Positions 18,631-26,616 of a DNA stretch of 64,000 nt are shown piece after piece. A program made the position numbers and the translations under genes. Each line of letters opens with the position of its first letter. Positions within the stretch are counted from its first letter, which is position 1. The notes beneath the pieces are model-generated. The model worked only from the letters and a program-made list of their open reading frames with translations. It searched no databases and was not told the origin of the DNA. The DNA is from Deltaproteobacteria bacterium (GTDB taxonomy: Bacteria > Myxococcota_A > UBA9160 > SMWR01): assembly GCA_032128115.1 (NCBI GenBank), contig JAQBHB010000082.1, positions 1 to 64,000 on the forward strand. The letters are read 5' to 3'.

Positions 18631-19839
18631 TTATTCGCTGTCGGATGCGCGGTAGGCCACGCGGTAGATGGAGCCGGCGTAGTCGTCGGAGATGTAGAAG
18701 CTGCCGTCGAGTGCTTCCGTCACGTCGACCGGGCGCCCGATCACGTGGTCGTCCTTTTCGAAGCCGACCACGAAGTCGCGCTCTTCGATGCTTCCGTCGG
18801 GACGCCAGTGCAGCGACACCACCTTGTAGCCGTCTTTGCGTGTCCGGTTCCACGAGCCGTGCAGGGCCACCAGGGCCGCGTTCCGGTAGTCGTCCGGCAC
18901 CCGCTCGCCGCGCACGAACGTGATACCCAGGGGCGCGTTGTGGGCCCGGAAGTCGTGGGCGGGCGGAATGGCGTCGGTCATCCGCTCGCCTCCCCGCGCC
19001 CCCAGGTCCGGATCGGGCCGGTTGTTCCCGTTGGCGTAGGGCCATCCATAGAAGCCGCCGGCCACCACCCGATTCAGCTCGCAGGGGGGGAAGTCGTCGC
19101 CAAGCAGGTCGCGGCCGTTATCGGTGGCGTAGAGTTCGTCGGTGCCTGGGCGCCAATCGAATCCCACGGAGTTGCGCAGGCCGGTGGCGTAGACCTGTTC
19201 GCCGCTGCCGTCGGGTCGGTAGCGCAGGATGGTCGCGCGGCGGACGTCCGCCTCCTCGCAGGCGTTGCAGCTCGACCCCACCGACACGTACATCCAGCCG
19301 TCGGGTCCGAATCGGAGCGAGCGGGTCCGGTGGTTGCCGCCCGTGGGAAGGCCGGTCACCACCCGCTCGAACTCCCCGTCGGTGGTGCCCGTCTCGGTGT
19401 CGAAGCGGACCCGGCCCACGGCGTTCGATTCGGCGACGTACAGCCAGCCCGCGTGGAGGTCGAGGCCGTGGGGCTGCACCAGGCCCTCGATCAGGGTCCG
19501 GCGCCCGTCCGAACGCCCGTCCCCGTCGGTGTCCGGCGCGAGGATTTCGATGCGGCCGTGGTGGGGTCGGCTCACCAGCAGATCGCCCGAAGGGGTGGCC
19601 CGCAGGAAGCGGGCGTTGGGCAGCCCCTCGGCGAACAGGCCGATTTCAAAGCCCGGGGCGGTGTGGATGCGCGCCGCCAGTGTGCTGGCCTCTGGGGCTT
19701 CCACTCCCAGGCCGAACAGCAGCTGCATCAGGGGCGCGTTCACGGCCCAGCGCTCGGGAAGGACCGCGCAGGCTCCCACCCCCAGTGCCAGTGCCACGCA
19801 CAGGGCGACTGCGAGCTTTCGGACGCTGTCTCGAGCCAT
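18631..19839 (-). CDS. PQQ-dependent sugar/sorbosone dehydrogenase-family beta-propeller protein
   Basis: Signal peptide; FGPDG.MYVSVGSSCN, GLRNSVG, DNGRD, YGWPY, HGSWNR, GRPVDV, ISDD. Confidence 0.92.
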   Translation of the reverse strand: MARDSVRKLAVALCVALALGVGACAVLPERWAVNAPLMQLLFGLGVEAPEASTLAARIHTAPGFEIGLFAEGLPNARFLRATPSGDLLVSRPHHGRIEILAPDTDGDGRSDGRRTLIEGLVQPHGLDLHAGWLYVAESNAVGRVRFDTETGTTDGEFERVVTGLPTGGNHRTRSLRFGPDGWMYVSVGSSCNACEEADVRRATILRYRPDGSGEQVYATGLRNSVGFDWRPGTDELYATDNGRDLLGDDFPPCELNRVVAGGFYGWPYANGNNRPDPDLGARGGERMTDAIPPAHDFRAHNAPLGITFVRGERVPDDYRNAALVALHGSWNRTRKDGYKVVSLHWRPDGSIEERDFVVGFEKDDHVIGRPVDVTEALDGSFYISDDYAGSIYRVAYRASDSE

Positions 19840-20014
19840 CAGCCCCCTCTCGGCGGCCCCTCCACCGGGCCCGATCCGCCGCCGACTATCCCGCTCGCCG
19901 CGGCCCACCGCCACAGGGAAATCGGCGGGAAATCCGGCGTATCCCGGGGGGAGGGGGTTGACGCGGAGGTCCCTCTGTCGCACTCCTATGCGCTCGCTGG
20001 AGGTCGCGAATTCC

Positions 20015-20347
20015 ATGACTCGTCGCATCCGCAAAGGGGACCTGGTCCAGGTCGTGGCCGGGGCCGATCGGGGCAAGCAGGGTCGGGTGATCGCCGTCGA
20101 TTCGGCGCGCGGCAAGGTGCGCGTCGAGAAGGTGCGCATGCAGAAGCGCCACCTGAAGTCCGGCCGCAAGGGCGCCCGCACCGGAGGCATCATCGAGCAG
20201 GAGGGCTACATCGACGCCTCCAACGTGATGCTGGTGGACGCCACCAGCAGCGCCCCGAGCCGCGTGCGGGTCCGGATCGAGGGCGACCAGAAGATCCGCA
20301 GTTTTGCCAAGAGCGGCGACGACGTGCCGACGCCGGCATCGGGCTAG
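20015..20347 (+). CDS. rplX: 50S ribosomal protein L24
   Basis: IRKGD.V.V.AG.DRGK.G KOW motif; KRH.K...[14 protein letters not shown]. Confidence 0.95.
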   Translation: MTRRIRKGDLVQVVAGADRGKQGRVIAVDSARGKVRVEKVRMQKRHLKSGRKGARTGGIIEQEGYIDASNVMLVDATSSAPSRVRVRIEGDQKIRSFAKSGDDVPTPASG

Positions 20348-20363
20348 CGGAGGGAGGCAGGCG

Positions 20364-20534
20364 ATGGCGAAGAAGGGCAAGCGAGACAAGATCAAGCTCG
20401 AGTCGACGGCCGGGACCGGACACTTCTATACGACCGTGAAGAACCGGACGAATACGCCGAACAAGCTCGAGATGAAGAAGTACGACCCGGTGGTTCGCAA
20501 GCACGTCGTCTACAAAGAGACGAAGCTGAAGTAG
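20364..20534 (+). CDS. rpmG: 50S ribosomal protein L33 (cysteine-free form)
   Basis: [20 protein letters not shown]...[27 protein letters not shown]. Confidence 0.97.
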   Translation: MAKKGKRDKIKLESTAGTGHFYTTVKNRTNTPNKLEMKKYDPVVRKHVVYKETKLK

Positions 20535-20570
20535 CGGACCGCAGACCAAGGGCACGAGGAAGGACCGAAG

Positions 20571-20924
20571 ATGACCTGGGTGATCACCAAGCTCTGCCGG
20601 GATTGCGTGGACGAATCGTGCGTCGAGGTGTGTCCGGTCGATTGCATCTACCAGTACGACGGCGACGACAAGGCGACCTTCCCGAACCAGCTCTACATCG
20701 ATCCCGAAGAGTGCATCAACTGTGGTGTGTGCGAGCCCGAGTGCCCGTGGGAGGCGATCTTCGAGGACGAGCAGGTCCCCGACGTCTTCAACGAAGACAC
20801 CGCGCTCAACGCCAAGATCGTCGACCTGAAAGACGACTTCTCGGTGCCCGAGGTGGGAGAGAAGCCCAAGCCCACTCCGGAACAGATCGAGGAAAACAAG
20901 GAGAAGTGGGGCTACACCGCCTAG
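20571..20924 (+). CDS. Ferredoxin (FdxA-type dicluster)
   Basis: [19 protein letters not shown] and [12 protein letters not shown]. Confidence 0.93.
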   Translation: MTWVITKLCRDCVDESCVEVCPVDCIYQYDGDDKATFPNQLYIDPEECINCGVCEPECPWEAIFEDEQVPDVFNEDTALNAKIVDLKDDFSVPEVGEKPKPTPEQIEENKEKWGYTA

Positions 20925-21769
20925 CGATCTGATTCGCGCTCGCCTGCGGCTCGCTCCCGGTCGAACGCATCCGCCATCACCGCAAGCGGGGCCTCGAGTC
21001 CCGTCCACAGGCTGAGCTGCTCCGCAGCCTGGTGCACCAGCATCCACTTGCCAGCCACGACCCGCGCTCCGCGCGCCTTGGCGTCGCGCAGCAGGCGCGT
21101 GCGCTCCGGGTCGTAGACCGCATCGAGCACCACCGCACCCGGGGCGATGTGATCCGCCGCAACGGGCGAGCGATCGTCGCGAAGCCCCACCGAGGTGGTG
21201 TTCACGAGCACGTCGTGCCCGATGTCTGCCAGGTCCGACAGGGCCCCTGCGGCGTCGGCTCCCAGGGCGTCGGCCAGCTCCCGGGCCCGGTCCACGCTGC
21301 GATTCAGGACGGTGACGCGCGCGCCCCGTTCCACCAGCCCGAAGACCAGGGCCCGGGCGGTGCCTCCGGCGCCCAGCACCACGGCGCGTCGGCCCGTGAG
21401 GTCGCACTCGCGCTCCAGGGCCCGGATCGCCCCGATCCAGTCCGAGTTCGATCCCAGCAGGCGTCCGTCGCGAAGGGTCACGGTGTTGACTGCGCCGATG
21501 CGTCGGGCCGTCTCGTCCACCTCGTCCAGGTGCTCCATCACCGCCTGCTTGTGCGGGATCGAGACCGCCAGCTGGCGTATTCCCAGGGCGCGCGCCCCGG
21601 ACATGGCGCTCGCCAGCTGGCCGGGCGGAACGTCGAAGGCCAGGTAGACGGCGTCGAGGCCCAGGGCCCGAAACGCGGCGTTGTGCATGGCGGGCGAGCG
21701 GGTGTGCCCGGCCGGGTGGAGCACGATTCCGCAGAGCGCGGTTTCGGCGGTGATCTCGCGGTTCGGCAC
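20921..21769 (-). CDS. aroE: Shikimate dehydrogenase
   Basis: [46 protein letters not shown]. Confidence 0.93.
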   Translation of the reverse strand: MPNREITAETALCGIVLHPAGHTRSPAMHNAAFRALGLDAVYLAFDVPPGQLASAMSGARALGIRQLAVSIPHKQAVMEHLDEVDETARRIGAVNTVTLRDGRLLGSNSDWIGAIRALERECDLTGRRAVVLGAGGTARALVFGLVERGARVTVLNRSVDRARELADALGADAAGALSDLADIGHDVLVNTTSVGLRDDRSPVAADHIAPGAVVLDAVYDPERTRLLRDAKARGARVVAGKWMLVHQAAEQLSLWTGLEAPLAVMADAFDRERAAGERESDR

Positions 21770-21857
21770 CTTTACCCCGGGCTGCGTGGCGGGCGGGAGG
21801 CTATCCCATTTCGCCGGTCGCGGGCCTAGACTCCCGACACGAAACCGGGAGGCGGAT

Positions 21858-22340
21858 GTGGCGAAGCCGCGAGTGGCCCTGATCATGGGCAGCAAGAACG
21901 ATTGGGGCATCATGCAGGCGGCCGAGCAGACGCTTGCGTCGCTGGACATCGGATGCGATGCGCGGGTCATCTCCGCCCATCGAACACCGACCCGGCTGAC
22001 CGGGTACCTGGCCAGCGCCGAAGAGGACGGAATCGAGGTGGTGATCGCCGGTGCCGGTGGCGCCGCCCACCTGGCCGGCGTGGCCGCCGCTCACACGCTG
22101 CTGCCGGTGCTTGGCGTGCCCATCGACAGCTCACCGCTGAATGGGCTCGATGCGCTGTTGGCCACGGTGCAGATGCCCGGCGGCATCCCCGTCGCCACCT
22201 TCGCCATTGGCAAGGCCGGCGCAATCAACGCGGCCCTGTTTGCCGCAGCCATCCTCGCCCGCTCGGATCCGGCGCTGCGCGAGAAGCTCGCGAAGTTCCG
22301 CGAGGCGCAGGCGGAGGCAGTGCCCGAGCGGCCCTACTGA
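21858..22340 (+). CDS. purE: N5-CAIR mutase
   Basis: IMGS..D, SAHRTP, AGAGGAAHL, LNGLDALL..VQMP.GIPVAT. Confidence 0.97.
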   Translation: MAKPRVALIMGSKNDWGIMQAAEQTLASLDIGCDARVISAHRTPTRLTGYLASAEEDGIEVVIAGAGGAAHLAGVAAAHTLLPVLGVPIDSSPLNGLDALLATVQMPGGIPVATFAIGKAGAINAALFAAAILARSDPALREKLAKFREAQAEAVPERPY

Positions 22341-23113
22341 GGCGAGGGATTCCGGCTGCGCGCCAATGCCGCCTTGAGGTCCTCCCACACCAGGCGGCGG
22401 TTCTCCGGCGTGTACTGGCGAAGGATGAAGGCCGGGTGGAAGGTGGGCATCACGGGAATGCCCCGGTATTCGTGCCAGGTGCCGCGCACCCTCGTGATCG
22501 CCACGTCGCGTCCGAGCAGCAGGCTCGACGCGGGCTTGCCAAGCGCCACGATCACCCGCGGTCGCACCGCTGCGATCTGGCCGTCCAGGTAGGGACGGCA
22601 GGTGGCCGCCTCGTCGCCCAGGGGCGCGCGGTTCTTCGGGGGGCGGCATTTGACGATGTTGCAGATGTAGACCTGGCTGCGGGCCAGGCCGAGCCCCTTC
22701 TCGATCATCTGGGTCAACAGCTCTCCGGCGCGACCCACGAACGGCACGCCCTGGCGGTCCTCCTCGGCGCCCGGCCCCTCGCCCACGAACAGGAGATCCG
22801 CGTCCGGGTCGCCCTCACCGAACACGATGCGGTTGCGGCCCTGGCTCAGGCGGCATCGGGTGCACTCGCCCAGGGCCTCGCGCACCTGGGCCAGGCTGGG
22901 CGCAATGCCCCAGATCGGCTTCTCCTCCAGGAGATCCGTCTGTGTGGTCGCGGTCGCGGCTGCGGGCACGTCTGCGGGCACGTCTGCGGGCACGGCTGCG
23001 CGTTCCGGCGGCAGCGGTCCGAAGCGGTCGACGCCCTCCTCCGCCAGCTCCGAGACCAGGGCGCGCGCCGTCGCCAGCACAGACGCGAGCTCGCGTTGCA
23101 GGGCGGGATCCAC
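22334..23113 (-). CDS. Uracil-DNA glycosylase family 4
   Basis: CTRCRL, VGEGPG..ED..G.PFVG, N.VKCRPP, TFHPA. Confidence 0.94.
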   Translation of the reverse strand: MDPALQRELASVLATARALVSELAEEGVDRFGPLPPERAAVPADVPADVPAAATATTQTDLLEEKPIWGIAPSLAQVREALGECTRCRLSQGRNRIVFGEGDPDADLLFVGEGPGAEEDRQGVPFVGRAGELLTQMIEKGLGLARSQVYICNIVKCRPPKNRAPLGDEAATCRPYLDGQIAAVRPRVIVALGKPASSLLLGRDVAITRVRGTWHEYRGIPVMPTFHPAFILRQYTPENRRLVWEDLKAALARSRNPSPQ

Positions 23114-23126
23114 GCGGGCCTCCGGT

Positions 23127-25262
23127 CTACCGACCCGGTCGGCGGGCTGCGCGGGGCGCCGCCGCCGTGGCCGGGCGCCGGTCGAGCTGGGTGAATGCGG
23201 CCGAGAGCATCCGGTCCAGCTCGATCGCGCCGGCGTCCGTCGCGTTGGCCGTCTTCGGCGCGCCGGTGCCCGGCTCGAGAGTACCGTGGCGCTGGGCTTC
23301 GATCTTCTCCTGCACCGTGAACTCGAAGCCCGGATCGTTGGCGTCGTCGTGGCAGCCGCCGCAGATCTGCAGGATCACGCACGAGTCGCACTTGTCGCTC
23401 AGGGAAACGATCGAGCCGATCTTCGTGTGGTCCTCGCCCACGTGATTGCCCCCGGGCCCGTGGCACGACTCGCAGCCCACCCGCGCCAGGTCCGGATGGT
23501 CGGCGACCTCGCCGGCTTTGGGGAAGCCGCCGCTGCGGCCGAAGGCGGTGGTGTGGCAGGCCAGGCAGCCGGCGTCCGCCGCCTGACCGGCCTTGCGCAG
23601 CGGCTCGACCGCGTGGGCGTGCGGGCTTCCCGACCAGGTTGTGAACTCGGCCGGGTGGCACGAGGCGCACGCGTCTGAACCCACGTAGGCGGCGTTGGTG
23701 GGCAGCAGGGCCTGGCGCGGGGCGCCCAACTCGGCCAGCAGCCGCCGCTTCTCCTCGGGCGGGAGCGTGCGCACGGAGTCAAGGGCCGCGTGGGAGATCT
23801 TTGGCAGGAAGGTCGCGTAGTCGAAGCCCAACGAGTGCTTGGCGTCGTGGCAGGTGGCGCAGACGGATGCGTAGCTGCCCCCCTGCACGAAGCCGGGCGA
23901 GAGGTGCGGGCCGCCGCGGCCGTGGCACGACTCGCAGCCCACGTCCTCGAGATCCGCGTTCTCGAGCGTACTCTCGAAGCCGCCGGGGTTTCCGTAGCCC
24001 ACCACGTGACATCCGACGCACTCCGGGTGGGTCTCCTCTCCATGCTTCACCAGGGTGTCGAAGGCAGCGGAGTGGCTGGTGAAGAGCCAGGTCTCGTGCT
24101 CCGACTCGTGGCACACGCCGCAGGCATCGCTCCCGCTGTAGCCCTTGGTGCGCAACAGCATGGGGACCGGCGCTCCCGACACCTTGGCCAGGCGCATCTT
24201 CAGGAGGGGCGGGTCCTCCAGGGCGCGCCAGCCCTGGATGCGGTCGACGATGCGCCCCTTGGGATCGATCACGAAGGTGTCCGGCACACCTGCGAAGTTG
24301 CCGTAGGCCTCCCGGATGCTGCCGTCGTCGTCGAAGAGCACCGGAAAGAAGTCCAGCTTCTGGTCGCGAAGCTCGTCGCGCACGGACCGGGTGCGCCCCG
24401 AGACCTCGACGCCCACCAGCACCGGACGCGAGGCCTCGGGCATCTCGGCCAGGGTCGCCTTCAGGAAACCGAGGGCGTCGTGACAGTGGGGGCAGGTGTG
24501 GAGGAAGAAGATCAGGACCACCGCCCGCCCGCGCTGCGCGGCCAGGTCGAACGACTCTTCCGAGTCGAGGATGGGGCTTGCGAACACGGGGGCCAGGGGC
24601 TTGTCTCCGGGCACCGGGGCGGCGTGGCCCGCGGCCGGCGGAAGCCGCAGGGAGACGCGCAGCTCGCCTTCGATCAGGTCTGCGGCGTTCTTGTCGCGGG
24701 GGAACTGGACCATCCCGGAGATCACGTAGCCCTCGGCGTCGATCCCGAGCATGGCCAGGGGTTCGCGCAACCCCAGGCGTTGACCGATCGAGTCGGAATC
24801 GTCGGCGATCACGGGGAAGTCGATGCCCTGGGAGTTCACGAACTCCAACAGCTGGTTGCGGTTGGGGCGTCGCGCGACGCCCAGGATTGCGAAGTTGTGC
24901 TTGCCCCGGAGCGGGGCGATGCGGGCTACCGCCTCGGTGACGGTGGCTGCGTCTCCGAACGACGGGTCGAAGAAGTAGATCAGCAGGCGCTTGCCGACGA
25001 ACGAGGATACCGAGATGCGCTCGCCTTCCAGGGTCCAGCCCGAAAAGGCGGGCAGCGGCTTCTCCTTGCGCGCCTCGGGCTCCGGGCGGGCGGCGGCCGG
25101 CGCGATCTCTCCGCTCGGCTCGGGCTGCGCCGACGGGGTCGACCCCGCCCCTGCCCGGGCAGTCCCGTCCTCCTGCGCGCCACACGCCAACGCGCCCCAG
25201 GCGAGCCACAGGCCGATCACGGCCGCAAGCGCTGCATGCCTCGAGCGCACGCAGCGCAGCAT
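23127..25262 (-). CDS. Exported fusion: two redoxin (TlpA/AhpC-TSA-like) domains + octaheme cytochrome c region
   Basis: Signal ending ALA-C; redoxin 1 (LPAFSGWTLEG..GK.LLIYFF..FPVIAD, no CxxC); redoxin 2 (AP.F..RG..VVLIFF.HTCPHC..FPVLFD..GVP.TFVIDP.GRI); eight CxxCH motifs. Start is 25262 or 25292. Confidence 0.88.
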   Translation of the reverse strand: MLRCVRSRHAALAAVIGLWLAWGALACGAQEDGTARAGAGSTPSAQPEPSGEIAPAAARPEPEARKEKPLPAFSGWTLEGERISVSSFVGKRLLIYFFDPSFGDAATVTEAVARIAPLRGKHNFAILGVARRPNRNQLLEFVNSQGIDFPVIADDSDSIGQRLGLREPLAMLGIDAEGYVISGMVQFPRDKNAADLIEGELRVSLRLPPAAGHAAPVPGDKPLAPVFASPILDSEESFDLAAQRGRAVVLIFFLHTCPHCHDALGFLKATLAEMPEASRPVLVGVEVSGRTRSVRDELRDQKLDFFPVLFDDDGSIREAYGNFAGVPDTFVIDPKGRIVDRIQGWRALEDPPLLKMRLAKVSGAPVPMLLRTKGYSGSDACGVCHESEHETWLFTSHSAAFDTLVKHGEETHPECVGCHVVGYGNPGGFESTLENADLEDVGCESCHGRGGPHLSPGFVQGGSYASVCATCHDAKHSLGFDYATFLPKISHAALDSVRTLPPEEKRRLLAELGAPRQALLPTNAAYVGSDACASCHPAEFTTWSGSPHAHAVEPLRKAGQAADAGCLACHTTAFGRSGGFPKAGEVADHPDLARVGCESCHGPGGNHVGEDHTKIGSIVSLSDKCDSCVILQICGGCHDDANDPGFEFTVQEKIEAQRHGTLEPGTGAPKTANATDAGAIELDRMLSAAFTQLDRRPATAAAPRAARRPGR

Positions 25263-25329
25263 AAGAGCCGCCCGAGGCCGGAGCAACCGCAAGCGACCGC
25301 CTGGCCCGAGCGCGATTCAGTAACCAATT

Positions 25330-25806
25330 GACCTTTTCCAGGATGTGGATTCCGCACGCGCTGCCGAGTCCGATCACGTGGGCGAGGCCCAGACGGGCGC
25401 CCTCCACCTGGCGCTCCCCGGCCTCACCTCGCAGGTGGGTGCTGACCTCGTAGATGTTCGCAACGCCCGTGGCGCCCAGGGGGATGGCCCTTGGACAGCA
25501 GACCGCCGGAGACGTTCACGGGGATGCGGTCGCCGTGAGAACTCTCGCCCTGGTCGATCATCTTGCCCGCCTCGCCGTCTGCGCACAGACCCAGGTTCTC
25601 GTAGTGGAGAATCTCGGCGGTGGCGAAGAAGTCGTGCAGCTCCACCTGGTCGCGCTCGGTGAAGGAATTCGGGTACGCGATCATTTCGGCGTTCATCACC
25701 ATGTCGAGCGGCGTCTCCTTCTGGTACATGGACTTGGGATTCCGCGTCGAGTGATGGTGGTTCTTGACCGAGACCTTGGCGAACTGCTCGAAGCTGGTGC
25801 CGTACG
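25330..25806 (-). pseudogene. SCP2/lipid-transfer-type thiolase remnant (N-terminus missing, internal deletion, frameshift)
   Basis: YGTSFEQFAKVSVKNHHHSTRNPKS..YPN joined to VELHDFFATAE..NVSGGLLSKGHP; an extra C in the C-run near 25480 shifts frame to LGATGVANIYE..RQVEGAR.GL.HVIGLGSAC.IHILEK. Confidence 0.85.
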
Positions 25807-26080
25807 GATCTTCTCGGGATCCGGCTCGATGTTGATCAGGTTGCCCTTCAGCGTGCCTCCACCCTCGAGATCCACGATGGCCGACACGTAGGGAACCTCG
25901 ACTCCCGGAAACGATCGGTGCACGATCGATTAGACGTAGAGCGTTCCCGTATTCGCGAGTTTTTTCGGCTCGAAGCCGTCGCGCGAGCCGCAGCTGGCAC
26001 AGGTGGAGCGTGACCCCAGGAGAGATGGCGCTGCAGCTCCTGCAGCTCAGGCCTTCAAGATAAGGATCGCCCTGGTCGCG
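25807..26080 (-). pseudogene. DUF35 (Zn-ribbon + OB-fold) protein remnant
   Basis: GDPYLEGLSCRSCSAI [+1 frameshift] LGSRSTCASCG...GTLYV*SIVHRSFPGVEVPYVSAIVDLEGGG; in-frame TAA near 25930-25932; no start codon; C-terminus truncated. Confidence 0.85.
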
Positions 26081-26097
26081 AAGGCCCGAGGGCCGAA

Positions 26098-26613
26098 CTA
26101 CCGGCTGATCTTCGCGCGGGTGTCCTTCAGCTGGGACTTGAAGAACTCGTTGTCCGGCTCGAAGGTGAGTGCCGTCTGGAGATTTCGGACGGCAGCCGCG
26201 TAGTCCTTCCGACGCAGGTCGGTCTCGGCCAGATTGTAGTACTGGCGGCCCTGGGGCGTCCGCCCCTTGTCCTCGGCGGCCAGACGGTCGGCCTCGGCTT
26301 CCGCCTCGGCCAGCTGGATCCGGTTGCCGCTCCCGTTCTCCAGGCGCTGCAGGTAGGCCTTGTTGCGGCGTGGATCCCGCAGCACCGAGTAGGCCTCGGT
26401 GATGCGCTTGGCGATCTTCGCCACGGCCGTCTGCAGATCTCCGGAAAGGTGGCGGTTCACGTCCGGGTGGAATGCCCGCGAGCTGTAGTAGTAGGCCTTG
26501 CGCACCTCGTTGGTGCTGGCGTCGCGCCCCACGTGCAAGAGCTGGTAGTAGTCCAGATCGTCGATGATCTGGGCGAGCGCTTCGATCTCGGTGGGGGCCG
26601 CGTCTGAAGCCAT
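26098..26613 (-). CDS. J-domain protein with C-terminal TPR
   Basis: DYYQLL, HPD, EAYSVLRDP..R..Y, then TPR-like YYNLA....KDY.AA...Q.AL.FEPDN. Confidence 0.9.
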   Translation of the reverse strand: MASDAAPTEIEALAQIIDDLDYYQLLHVGRDASTNEVRKAYYYSSRAFHPDVNRHLSGDLQTAVAKIAKRITEAYSVLRDPRRNKAYLQRLENGSGNRIQLAEAEAEADRLAAEDKGRTPQGRQYYNLAETDLRRKDYAAAVRNLQTALTFEPDNEFFKSQLKDTRAKISR

Positions 26614-26616
26614 GGA

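Noticed and set aside
23779..25407. 542-aa ORF starting with a thiolase C-terminal peptide
   Set aside because: Read-through of the stop-less pseudogene fragment into an alternate, Arg/Pro-rich frame of the redoxin-cytochrome gene.
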